54,149 nt of DNA from Dyadobacter sp. (GTDB lineage: Bacteria > Bacteroidota > Bacteroidia > Cytophagales > Spirosomataceae). The translations under genes were made by a program, and so were the position numbers. Numbering within the stretch: position 1 is the stretch's first letter; each line of letters begins with the position of its first letter. Below the pieces are notes generated by a model, which ran no database searches, had not been told where the DNA came from, and saw only the letters and a program-made list of their open reading frames with translations. Positions 45,603 through 54,149 of the stretch are shown piece after piece. The DNA lies in contig DATMSL010000032.1 in the NCBI GenBank assembly GCA_035565435.1, forward strand, positions 1 through 54,149, written 5' to 3'.

Positions 45603-47556
45603 AATAGCCCTGGCCAAAAACAAGGGCAAGGTTTCCGACTTCGACGACGAGGATTACAGCGCAGTGATCTTGCGGGATACGGACGGCGCTAGCGAGTACG
45701 ACCTTATCGAAGCGTTCCGGGCCGCCCTGGCGCCAGCTCGCCGCGTAACCTGCGACGTATGGGCCGACGAGAACCTGGAACTGACCAGCGATACGTCCGC
45801 AGAGCCCGGCCCGTGGCGTACGCAGCGCTTCCCTTTCATGCGCGAGATTTTGCAGAAGCTCTCCCCGACAGACCCGGCTATGGAGATTATCATGGCCAAG
45901 GGCGTACAGGTATCAGCGACTGCATGCGGTATTGTGGCCATGCTCACGTTCGCAGATACCGACCCGTGCCCGACGATGTACGTCATGCCTACGATCACTC
46001 TGGCTGAGGACTTCTCTAAGGATAAGTTGCAGCCCATGATCAACTCGGCTGAATCCTTAAAGAACAAATTCAAAGATCCGCGCACGCGTGACTCCGGTAA
46101 CACGATCCTGGGCAAGCGGTACCCTGGCGGCTTTATCGTACTGGCCGGGGCCAACGCAGCCGCCTCGCTCCGCTCCCGCTCGATACGCCTGCTGATTCTG
46201 GACGAGGTGGATGCGTACACCCGCAACCTGGAAAAGGAGGGCTCGCCGATCGCGCTGGCCCAGGCCCGTACTGTGTCGTTCGGTATGAAAAAGAAAATAT
46301 TCATGCCTTCCACGCCCACGGTAAAAGGCGCTTCTACAATATGGCTGCATTTCGAATCGACAGACCAGCGGCATTACCATGTTAAATGCCCCGCATGCAC
46401 GCACCCGCAAAATCTGGTGTTCGAGCAGTTAAAATGGACGCCCGGCGCGCCGCATACTGTCGTGTATGAATGCATCGACTGCGGCCACGGCATAGAGGAG
46501 GGCCTGCATAAGACCAAAATGCTCAATGAAGGCCAGTGGGTTTCCCATGAGCCCGAGCGACGTAACGACTACAAGATAGGTTACCACCTTAATTCGCTGT
46601 ACTCGCCGTACGGCTGGCTCAGCTGGAAAGAGATCGCAGAGAAATACGAGGACGCCCAGCGCGAAATGACCGACAACCAAGAGGACAACCTAATGAGAGC
46701 TTTTATGAATACTATTTGTGGATTACCCTACGAAACAAAGGGCGAACAGCCCGAGTGGCGCACGCTGTACAACCGGCGCGACGAGTCTATGCTGCGTAAC
46801 TCGGTCAGCGAGCACGTGAAACTGATAACTGCCGGCGTAGACGTGCAAAAAGACCGTATCGAGTTAGAGATAGTAGGCTGGGGGCTCGGTAAGCGCGCGT
46901 GGTCTATCGACTACCGGGTGCATAGCGTGGATGAAATGGAGGCAGAGCTGCGCAGGCTGGCAGACCTACGGTTCGTTAACCACGAGCAGGTAGCGCTGCC
47001 GATCCATAAGATATGCATTGACGCAGGCTTTAATACCAGTGACATTTACGCCATTTGCCGGAACTTGGGCAATCAGGAGCTTTACGTGCCGATACATGGT
47101 AGCTCGACGCAAAAAACCTCCATACTGTCGACACCTAAATTTGCCAATATACTCGATAAGAGCGGCAACGCCTTTGCAGTCCGGTATTATATGCTGGGCG
47201 TTGACTTGCTTAAAGACGAGCTGTACACCGCGCTTAAAAAGACCAAAGACCAGGATGACCCGCTCGGGCCTCCGGGCTACTGCCATTTCCCCGGTGCGTA
47301 TGCAGAGCACTATTTCCAAAGTATCACCGCGGAGAAAAAAGTTACCGACTATAAGGACGGCTACGCAGTGCAGAAGTACGTGAAAGAGTACCAGCGTAAC
47401 GAGGTACTGGATACTCGCAACTATGCGCGCGCGGGGCTCGCTTTATCAGGATACGACGATTACGGCGACCTTTTTCTGGAAACGATGTATGCTACTTACC
47501 GGCAACAGATCGAGGAAGCACCTAAAAAAGCGAAGAAACGCTCGGATTTCTGGTAA
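45586..47556 (+). CDS. Terminase large subunit (lambda gpA family)
   Basis: SAEPGPWRT..FPF, LILDEVD, PSTPT, CPAC/CIDC, GVDVQKDR, IDAGF and RNEVLD motifs. Confidence 0.95.
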   Translation: MGDRNKIALAKNKGKVSDFDDEDYSAVILRDTDGASEYDLIEAFRAALAPARRVTCDVWADENLELTSDTSAEPGPWRTQRFPFMREILQKLSPTDPAMEIIMAKGVQVSATACGIVAMLTFADTDPCPTMYVMPTITLAEDFSKDKLQPMINSAESLKNKFKDPRTRDSGNTILGKRYPGGFIVLAGANAAASLRSRSIRLLILDEVDAYTRNLEKEGSPIALAQARTVSFGMKKKIFMPSTPTVKGASTIWLHFESTDQRHYHVKCPACTHPQNLVFEQLKWTPGAPHTVVYECIDCGHGIEEGLHKTKMLNEGQWVSHEPERRNDYKIGYHLNSLYSPYGWLSWKEIAEKYEDAQREMTDNQEDNLMRAFMNTICGLPYETKGEQPEWRTLYNRRDESMLRNSVSEHVKLITAGVDVQKDRIELEIVGWGLGKRAWSIDYRVHSVDEMEAELRRLADLRFVNHEQVALPIHKICIDAGFNTSDIYAICRNLGNQELYVPIHGSSTQKTSILSTPKFANILDKSGNAFAVRYYMLGVDLLKDELYTALKKTKDQDDPLGPPGYCHFPGAYAEHYFQSITAEKKVTDYKDGYAVQKYVKEYQRNEVLDTRNYARAGLALSGYDDYGDLFLETMYATYRQQIEEAPKKAKKRSDFW

Positions 47557-47616
47557 TTAATATTACATTTACAACGCAGAAAACTGAGAACGGTTATTAA
47601 GATTTTGACAAACAGT

Positions 47617-47652
47617 AAAGGGCGCCTGTTGTTTAATAGGCGCTTTTTCTTT
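47617..47652 (+). terminator. Intrinsic terminator
   Basis: AAAGGGCGCCTGTT...AATAGGCGCTTTTT. Confidence 0.7.
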
Positions 47653-47680
47653 TCCTTTGATAAAACTTGTCAAAACAACT

Positions 47681-47941
47681 ATGTACCCAACCCCTTGCAT
47701 ACCCGACGAGTCCGTATACACGGTTGCAGAGTTCAATCAGTTGAAAAAGGAAATGCTTACGGGCGATAACGCAGGCGTACGGGAGATCCAGCATGCCGAT
47801 AAACGCACAGTATTCCGGTCAGCTACTGAGATACAGAACCTGCTAGCTATTATGGCTGAGGCTATTTGGGGCCACTGCGAGAATTATCAGAACGGTGCAG
47901 GCCGCCGCAGGTACGTTATAAGCAGCAAAGGGATATGCTAA
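47681..47941 (+). CDS. Head completion protein (lambda gpW-like)
   Basis: GVREIQHADKRTVFRS pattern; between terminase and portal. Confidence 0.7.
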   Translation: MYPTPCIPDESVYTVAEFNQLKKEMLTGDNAGVREIQHADKRTVFRSATEIQNLLAIMAEAIWGHCENYQNGAGRRRYVISSKGIC

Positions 47942-49401
47942 AAGAATATTTTTCGATGCTTACGGCGCAGTTTAAATTCCGGGCTATGGAATTTACGGGC
48001 GCTATGGAGCTTAAAAAGCGCCATTTCGAGGCAGCAGGCTACGGACCCCGTACCGATAAGTGGTATAGGCGTTCACGCGGCCCTATATCGGATAATATGT
48101 CAGGACTGGCTAGGCTGCGCGGCTTCTCGCGCGATCTGGTGCGCAATAACCCATATGCGCAGCGTGCCGTCAATATCATTGCTAAGAACACAGTCGGTAC
48201 TGGCATTACGCCTACATTCAAAGGCGCCAACGAGGACGCCATAAAACGCCGCTGGGCAGCATGGGCAGGTAAGAAATCGTGCGATTTCAACGACTTGATG
48301 AACCTTGCAGGCCTGCAAGAGCAGGTAATGCGCGCGGTAGCCGAATCGGGCGACGCAATAATTTTGCGCCGGTACAACTTCGACAATCCTATGGGTTTTG
48401 AGCTCCAAGTGCTTGAATCCGACTATTTAGATGAAACAGTCACCAGACCGGAGCCGGATGGTGGCTTCGTATTGCAGGGCGTTGCATTCAATAACCGCGG
48501 TAAACGTGTGGGCTATTATCTACACGAACAGCACCCTACTGACCTTAAATACAACGCAACCGCTTATCAATCAAGACTCGTACCAGCCTCAGAGGTAATT
48601 CATGTGTTCGAGGTTTTACGGCCCGGTCAAGTGCGGGGTATCCCTATGGGTGTGTCGGCTTTCATACGTATGAAGGATTTCGACGAGTTCCAAGACGCGC
48701 AGCTGTATAAGCAAAAGGTAGCGTCGCTGTTCGTTATGACGGTTACCAATTCCGTAGCGCCAATGGGTAGCAACGGTCAATATCAACCGTATGACGGCCT
48801 GGACCGCATGATACCCGGCGCGATTGAAGAGTTGCCTTTCGGTAAGGACATTAAGTTTTCTCAGCCTCCGACTACCGAAGGGACGCCCGAATACATGCGC
48901 GCGGTGTTGCAGTCCATCGCAGTGGGGTATAACGTGACCTACGAGGCGCTTACTAACGATTACAGCAACGTGAATTTCAGTTCGGGCCGCATGGGCTGGC
49001 TGGAATTTTCACGCAACGTACAGTCTTGGCAGGACAACATTATGATTACCATGTTCTGCGAGCCTGTATACGAGTGGTTTCAGCAAGGACTTAAATTAAT
49101 GGGTGGGTATGCATCAAACATTGATATCACATGGACTACGCCGCGCAGAGAAATGATCGATCCAATGAAAGAGGGTGCAGCAGCTCTCGCCTTAATCAAA
49201 GGTGGTATAATTTCCCGCCAGGAGTTCCAGCGGCAGCTCGGCTACGACCCCGCAGATATGGAGGCAGAGATTAAGCAGGATATGGAAGTCGATAAGAAAC
49301 TTGATGCTACTTTCTCGACCAGTGTTAAGACGATCGAGGCGCCAAAACCGGCTACTACAAGCACGAAAGTGACGGCAGTAAAAACAGTTGCTAAAAAATA
49401 A
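47935..49401 (+). CDS. Portal protein, lambda family
   Basis: RDLVRNNPYA, RPGQVRGIP, DYSNVNFSSGR and IDPMKE motifs. Confidence 0.95.
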   Translation: MLKEYFSMLTAQFKFRAMEFTGAMELKKRHFEAAGYGPRTDKWYRRSRGPISDNMSGLARLRGFSRDLVRNNPYAQRAVNIIAKNTVGTGITPTFKGANEDAIKRRWAAWAGKKSCDFNDLMNLAGLQEQVMRAVAESGDAIILRRYNFDNPMGFELQVLESDYLDETVTRPEPDGGFVLQGVAFNNRGKRVGYYLHEQHPTDLKYNATAYQSRLVPASEVIHVFEVLRPGQVRGIPMGVSAFIRMKDFDEFQDAQLYKQKVASLFVMTVTNSVAPMGSNGQYQPYDGLDRMIPGAIEELPFGKDIKFSQPPTTEGTPEYMRAVLQSIAVGYNVTYEALTNDYSNVNFSSGRMGWLEFSRNVQSWQDNIMITMFCEPVYEWFQQGLKLMGGYASNIDITWTTPRREMIDPMKEGAAALALIKGGIISRQEFQRQLGYDPADMEAEIKQDMEVDKKLDATFSTSVKTIEAPKPATTSTKVTAVKTVAKK

Positions 49402-49462
49402 TTTTGCAAAATATTGTTGCTTGTAATATCTTGCACCAATACTTGCTATAACAATAGTTAGC

Positions 49463-51520
49463 GTGGCAACAATAAAAGTAAAAACAGCCAATCAGGTACG
49501 GCAATTTAATTTTGAGAAACCTACGTCCTGGAATTTGCAGGAACGGTCTTTCAGCGCAGTTGCGTTCTCCGAGGAGCCTGTTTTTATTCCGTATCCAGAG
49601 CCGTACTTTGAAATCCTTTCCCATGAGCCTCACCACATCCGTATGACACGGGCAATGAGCGGCTTACCGGTACTGGATGATCACAACAAATACGGCATAG
49701 GGGCGCAGATTGGCGCAGCAGCTAACCCCGTTCTGCGTAACAGACAGCTTCACCTGGACGTAAGGCTGTCGAAACGTAAACAACTCGACGACCTTGCACA
49801 GGATATCGACGACGGGATTGTTAAGAATATGTCAGGAGGCTACCGGGTTTTTAAGTATGAGGACCTTACGCAACCAGGCGACAGATTCAGGACGTTGAGA
49901 GCGATAGATTGGGAGCCGCACGAGTTTTCATTTACGCCGGTCAATTTTGACCACAACAGCCAAATACGTTCAATGCCGAATACAGAAGAAAGTGAAATAG
50001 AAATCCAAACCAACAACATGGCCGGAGAAACTACCGCAGTACCACAGGCAGCCGCCGAAGGAACGCCAGCACCCGCAGTTGTTACCAACCCCGCCCAAGC
50101 TGCACCCGTAGCTCAGGTGGCACCGGTAGCCGAAGGGACCAGGGCATTACCAACCCAAGCTGTACCTGCCCCACAGGCCCCTGCACCTGTAACCGCACCA
50201 GCCGATCCGGCTGTTGAGCGTACAAGAGCCTTGCAAATTATGCAAATCGCTAATGCGGCGCAGATGGGCCAGGAGTTCATCGAACAGCATATCGGGCTCG
50301 GTTCCTCAGTTGAGCAGGTCCGCTCACTCGCTTTTAATAAGTTAACCGGACAATCCACTGTGGAAACCCAAACCAACCAACGTACAGCACCTGCTAACGT
50401 AACAGTAGGTACCGAGCAGATCGAGCACACCCGTCGTCTTATGTCGATCGGTCTGTGTCTCCGTCACGGTATCAAGCCTAACAAGCCCTATACTGACGAC
50501 GAGCTGAGAGGTGCCGAGCAGTACCGCCACATGCGATCGCTTGAAATGGCGCGCTTGTATATGGGCGATAACGGGCACCCCGAAGCACTCCGTATGCCGG
50601 AGAACGAGCTAGCAAAACGTGCGCTCATTTCCAGCAACTCGACCGACTTTGCGGTTATCCTTGAAGGTGCGGCACGCACTTCCATGGAGGCGCAATACTC
50701 TATTTTGTCACGTAACTGGCGCGACATTGCAGGCACAGGCTCTGTAAGCGATTTCCGGGAGTGGAAACGCATGCGTACCGGTTTCTTGGGACGTTTGGAT
50801 AAGGTCGGTGAGAACGGCGAGTTTAAGAACAAGCCAATTCCTGACGGCGCGCTGGAATCTGTCAAAATCGGTACCTACGGTAACACGGTGAACGTGACCC
50901 GTCAAATGCTGATCAATGACGATTTGGGCTACTTCCTGACTTTGGCAGGTATGCTCGCGCAGGCAGCCGGTCTTTCGATCGAAACCGACGTTTGGGAAAT
51001 GCTACAAGCTAACGGAGGCCTCGGCCCTACCATGGCAGACGGTAACCCGCTGATCCACGCCTCACGTGGTAACGTTGGTGCAGCTGGCGCTTACAGCACT
51101 ACGACGATCAACGACGGCCGTACCAAGATGCGTTTGCAGAAAGATTTGAACAACCAGGAGTACCTGAACATTGCGCCTGACCGCGTAATCGTTCCGTTCG
51201 CTTTGGAAGAAACAGCGATCTCTCTCAACATCAACGACTACCAGGCTGGTGACGGTAAGCAGACTCAGAAAAACCTTTACAAAGGGCTTTTCAAGCAGAT
51301 CATCACCAACCCGCGTTTGACCAGCGCTACCCGCTTCTGGATGTTGACTGACCCTGCTATCCTTAAAGTGTTTGAGGTGAACTTCCTGAATGGTAATGAA
51401 ACTCCGTTCATGGACGAGCGCCAAGAGTTCTACGTGGACGGTACTGTATGGAGAATCCGTCACGACTGGGGTGTGGCAGCAGTTGAATCCAAAGGTATCG
51501 TAGGGTTCGCCGGAGCTTAA
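49463..51520 (+). CDS. Fused prohead protease / scaffold / major capsid protein
   Basis: LPVLDDH, MSGGY and WEPHEFSFTP protease motifs; Ala/Pro linker; STDF..IL, ENGEF, TYG...VTRQMLINDDL and RHDWG capsid motifs. Confidence 0.9.
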   Translation: MATIKVKTANQVRQFNFEKPTSWNLQERSFSAVAFSEEPVFIPYPEPYFEILSHEPHHIRMTRAMSGLPVLDDHNKYGIGAQIGAAANPVLRNRQLHLDVRLSKRKQLDDLAQDIDDGIVKNMSGGYRVFKYEDLTQPGDRFRTLRAIDWEPHEFSFTPVNFDHNSQIRSMPNTEESEIEIQTNNMAGETTAVPQAAAEGTPAPAVVTNPAQAAPVAQVAPVAEGTRALPTQAVPAPQAPAPVTAPADPAVERTRALQIMQIANAAQMGQEFIEQHIGLGSSVEQVRSLAFNKLTGQSTVETQTNQRTAPANVTVGTEQIEHTRRLMSIGLCLRHGIKPNKPYTDDELRGAEQYRHMRSLEMARLYMGDNGHPEALRMPENELAKRALISSNSTDFAVILEGAARTSMEAQYSILSRNWRDIAGTGSVSDFREWKRMRTGFLGRLDKVGENGEFKNKPIPDGALESVKIGTYGNTVNVTRQMLINDDLGYFLTLAGMLAQAAGLSIETDVWEMLQANGGLGPTMADGNPLIHASRGNVGAAGAYSTTTINDGRTKMRLQKDLNNQEYLNIAPDRVIVPFALEETAISLNINDYQAGDGKQTQKNLYKGLFKQIITNPRLTSATRFWMLTDPAILKVFEVNFLNGNETPFMDERQEFYVDGTVWRIRHDWGVAAVESKGIVGFAGA

Positions 51521-51623
51521 TAATTTGATGCTCAATAGCACGAGCGATCGTGCATACGTATAGCGTGTAGCCTCGGGCAATCGGGTTCGAGGCGGTTTAA
51601 AACTGTAAAAACTGACCATACCA

Positions 51624-51968
51624 ATGGCACAAAATTATATCCAGCCTGGCGATCAGGCGTTGCCGGTGACAGCCCCCGTAGGTGGGGTAACTTCTGGCGT
51701 ACCGTTGAAGCTGAGTGCTACTGCGGTTAAAATTGTTATCCCTTTGGGGACGGTAGCCGCAGGCACAGAAATTAATTGCGCGGTAGGCGGTGTGTATGAA
51801 GTGGCTAAGGCTACCCCGCTGGTAATCGGGCAGTTTGACCCTATATACTGGGATGACACAGCTAAAAAAGCTACTACCGTATCAACTAGCAATACGTTGA
51901 TGGGCTATGCGGCATATGCGGCTGGGTCAGCAGAAACGACCGTAAAGGTTAATTTGACAGCACCATAA
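51624..51968 (+). CDS. Capsid decoration/cement protein (DUF2190-like)
   Basis: MAQNYIQPG...GGVTSG...GVYEVAKA...YWD. Confidence 0.88.
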   Translation: MAQNYIQPGDQALPVTAPVGGVTSGVPLKLSATAVKIVIPLGTVAAGTEINCAVGGVYEVAKATPLVIGQFDPIYWDDTAKKATTVSTSNTLMGYAAYAAGSAETTVKVNLTAP

Positions 51969-51982
51969 AAGATAAGGGCAGT

Positions 51983-52378
51983 ATGCCTCATTTCGATCAA
52001 CTGAAAGCCAGTCTGTTTAAGACCGTGACAACGCACATGGGCTATAAAGCAGCCTGGCTTTCGTCGGTAGACGACATAGTGAGACAGGCGGCCATGGGCG
52101 TAACGTTCAAATACCCGACGCTTCGAGAAAAGCAGTTTATAGAGTGGGACCAGTTCGTTTACAACCCGCCCAACCGGATAATGGAGTACTTCGCTACTGA
52201 CTTTCCGGGACTTTATGAACTGGTGGAGAACAGCGGCGGTACGAGCCTTGAAATTGTCCGCATCTACGAGATCGACAAAGTGAACGGCGAGCTTTACGTA
52301 GTCGGAAAGACGCTTAAAATGTTTGACGGCTCTATAATTTATGCACTGGTATACCCTTACGTAGAACCCGAGGAATGA
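51983..52378 (+). CDS. Head-tail joining protein (putative)
   Basis: Position after the capsid genes. Confidence 0.6.
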   Translation: MPHFDQLKASLFKTVTTHMGYKAAWLSSVDDIVRQAAMGVTFKYPTLREKQFIEWDQFVYNPPNRIMEYFATDFPGLYELVENSGGTSLEIVRIYEIDKVNGELYVVGKTLKMFDGSIIYALVYPYVEPEE

Positions 52379-52929
52379 ACCCGCAGCTTAGCGTTTACGA
52401 GAATTTAATGGACGAGTTTGTTGTAAGACTGCTCGGAGATGTAGACCGACCTGCTTTTGCAGCTATGGGTGTGAGAGTCCAAAAAGCCCCTCAGTTCAGC
52501 GGACAGTACGAGGTATTGAAGCCAGAACATAACGTTAACGGTCGCATACAAATAGGCTGGTTGCAAGACCGGTTCGGCACTGACGAGAACGATACGTCCA
52601 TGCTGTTAGCAGACCCTACCATGGACAGGGTTATGTACTTTCAGCTTAACTTGGCCAGTAGAACGGCTTATGGCGAAAAGGGCATACTCAGGATGTGCGA
52701 AATGGCACAACGGCTAATGCTCGGATATCGGTCGGTAGATATAAGCGGCGAGGCTTACGCTTTTGCGGCTACTTTACAAGATTTTCAAGATAATGTCTGG
52801 TATTACCGCGTAATCGTCAGATGGAAAGAGTTGCCATTACAGCCACTCGATTCGTTCATAACCACCGGCGAAGAGTACCTGGGAGGTAATTTAGTAGAGG
52901 CGACTTTCACACCTGAATACGAGCAATAA
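52375..52929 (+). CDS. Tail terminator protein (putative)
   Basis: Position before the sheath; LMLGYR...VWYY. Confidence 0.55.
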   Translation: MNPQLSVYENLMDEFVVRLLGDVDRPAFAAMGVRVQKAPQFSGQYEVLKPEHNVNGRIQIGWLQDRFGTDENDTSMLLADPTMDRVMYFQLNLASRTAYGEKGILRMCEMAQRLMLGYRSVDISGEAYAFAATLQDFQDNVWYYRVIVRWKELPLQPLDSFITTGEEYLGGNLVEATFTPEYEQ

Positions 52930-52930
52930 A

Positions 52931-53140
52931 ATGGCAAAATTTAAAAATATTTCCGGCGAGCTTCGACGCTTCACCCTTAACGGTAAAGAGAAAATCGTGG
53001 ATGCCGGGCATTCATTCTCAGCTGAGCCTAACGACTACCTCTTAGGGGCTACCGAGCTCGGCTTTTTTGAAATGAGTGACGACGAGCCGCAGGTAGCGGA
53101 CGTTAAAAAATCCGAATCACCTAAAAATTCCGGGAACTAA
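52931..53140 (+). CDS. Small hypothetical protein before the sheath
   Basis: 69 aa; stop overlaps the sheath ATG. Confidence 0.65.
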   Translation: MAKFKNISGELRRFTLNGKEKIVDAGHSFSAEPNDYLLGATELGFFEMSDDEPQVADVKKSESPKNSGN

Positions 53141-54149
53141 TGGCTTTCAGACACGGCGTAGACTTATTTCAGACGAACCTCGGGCCAGTTCCCGTAGGCG
53201 AAATCGACTCGGCTATCATAGCTATCGTCGGCGCAGCGCCCTCTGGGCCGCTTAATGCTTTGACAGTAGTTAAGAGCGAACGCGAGGACGCAGTATTTGG
53301 CGCCCAAGTACCCGGTTTCTCTATCCCGAGGGCGCTTGCCCAGATCCGTAAGGAGGAGCCAGGCGCAAGAGTGGTCGTTATCAACGTACTCGACCCTGCT
53401 ACCCACGGCACCGCGGTTACCGCCGAAGCTGTAACTTTTACGGACGGCAAGGCTAAACTCGCATTCCCGTACATCGGCGCAGCACCTGTGCTGAAACACA
53501 CTTCTGGAACTCCTGTATATGCTGCTGGCACCGACTACACGATCGACGCTTACGGTAATATTGTATCCAAGGACTACACGAAAATAGCGGCTAACGCTTC
53601 GATAACGGCTACATATACCAAACCTGACTTTACCGCAATCACTGACGCGGTGATTATCGGAACGGTTAACGGTACAACCGGCGCGCGTACAGGCTTCAAA
53701 CTGCTTGAAAACAGCTATAATACGCTGGGCTTCGAGCCTAAAATTCTGATTGCTCCGGGGTACTCGCAAACTGCTGCTATCGTAGCTGAAATGCGTACCT
53801 GGACGGCACGTTTGGGTGCAGTTGCCGCAGTAGACGCCCCGACAGGCACGACCGTAGCAGCAGCTAAAACAGGCCGTACACCAGCAGGTACTATCAACTT
53901 TAACGTATCCGACAAGTCTATCATTCTCTGCTACCCAGAGGTGAAGGTTTACGACCCGGCTACTGACGCAGTGGTGAATGCACCATACAGCTCGTCTTAC
54001 GTGGGCGTAATGGCCCGTGTAGACCGCGAGCAAGGTTTCTGGAAAAGCCCGTCCAATGAGACAATGCGTGGCGTCCTGGGACTTGCAGTGCAGCTCTCCG
54101 GCAGCGCCTTTACTTCCGGCACCGATACGGACGACCTTAACGCGCTGGG
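53140..54149 (+). CDS. Contractile tail sheath protein, N-terminal part (P2 FI-like); continues into 2..547, about 471 aa in total
   Basis: ATG at 53140 (MAFRHGVDLFQTNLGPVPVGEIDSAIIAIVGAAP) is in frame with the ATG at 54010, which equals position 2; sheath-like HGV start and PKILIAPG motif; not in the ORF track. Confidence 0.9.
   Translation, partial: MAFRHGVDLFQTNLGPVPVGEIDSAIIAIVGAAPSGPLNALTVVKSEREDAVFGAQVPGFSIPRALAQIRKEEPGARVVVINVLDPATHGTAVTAEAVTFTDGKAKLAFPYIGAAPVLKHTSGTPVYAAGTDYTIDAYGNIVSKDYTKIAANASITATYTKPDFTAITDAVIIGTVNGTTGARTGFKLLENSYNTLGFEPKILIAPGYSQTAAIVAEMRTWTARLGAVAAVDAPTGTTVAAAKTGRTPAGTINFNVSDKSIILCYPEVKVYDPATDAVVNAPYSSSYVGVMARVDREQGFWKSPSNETMRGVLGLAVQLSGSAFTSGTDTDDLNAL
54009..54149. 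repeat. Terminal overlap identical to 1-141
   Basis: Exact copy of the window start. Confidence 0.97.

Noticed and set aside
38700..47563. GTAATTRATAT at 38700, 44000 and 47553 as a late activator site
   Set aside because: AT-rich, with inconsistent spacing to -7 boxes; could be chance
51560..51600. tRNA suggested by GGTTCGA
   Set aside because: No T-stem or cloverleaf; the motif is one arm of a simple hairpin

Overview
The window is an apparently complete, circularly assembled tailed-phage genome of about 54,008 bp. Bases 1-141 equal 54009-54149, and the tail sheath gene runs across that join. It has a lambda-type packaging module (small and large terminase, portal, a cosQ/cosN-like site near 43.9 kb), a fused protease-major capsid gene, and a P2-like contractile tail and baseplate. 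The replication genes are of APSE type: Cas4-like nuclease, SSB, family A polymerase, VirE-type primase/helicase, VRR-NUC and SNF2 helicase. TAnnTTTG-type promoters and A-rich leaders without Shine-Dalgarno sites point to a Bacteroidota host (inference). I recognised no integrase, repressor, tRNA or CRISPR array. The most striking signal is in the leftward operon beside cos (41.4-43.7 kb). It holds two covarying RNA elements with the pistol ribozyme catalytic-core sequence but no P1/pseudoknot arm, a start-codon-linked motif AACCACGCAA repeated five times, and a three-way-junction RNA whose loop is complementary to that motif. Other points of interest are a 1197-aa baseplate gpX fusion with a possible glycosidase domain, scattered late genes, prion-like Q/P/G tails on replication proteins, and a -1 tail chaperone frameshift. 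All product calls come from motif recognition and gene order by eye; no database searches were run.
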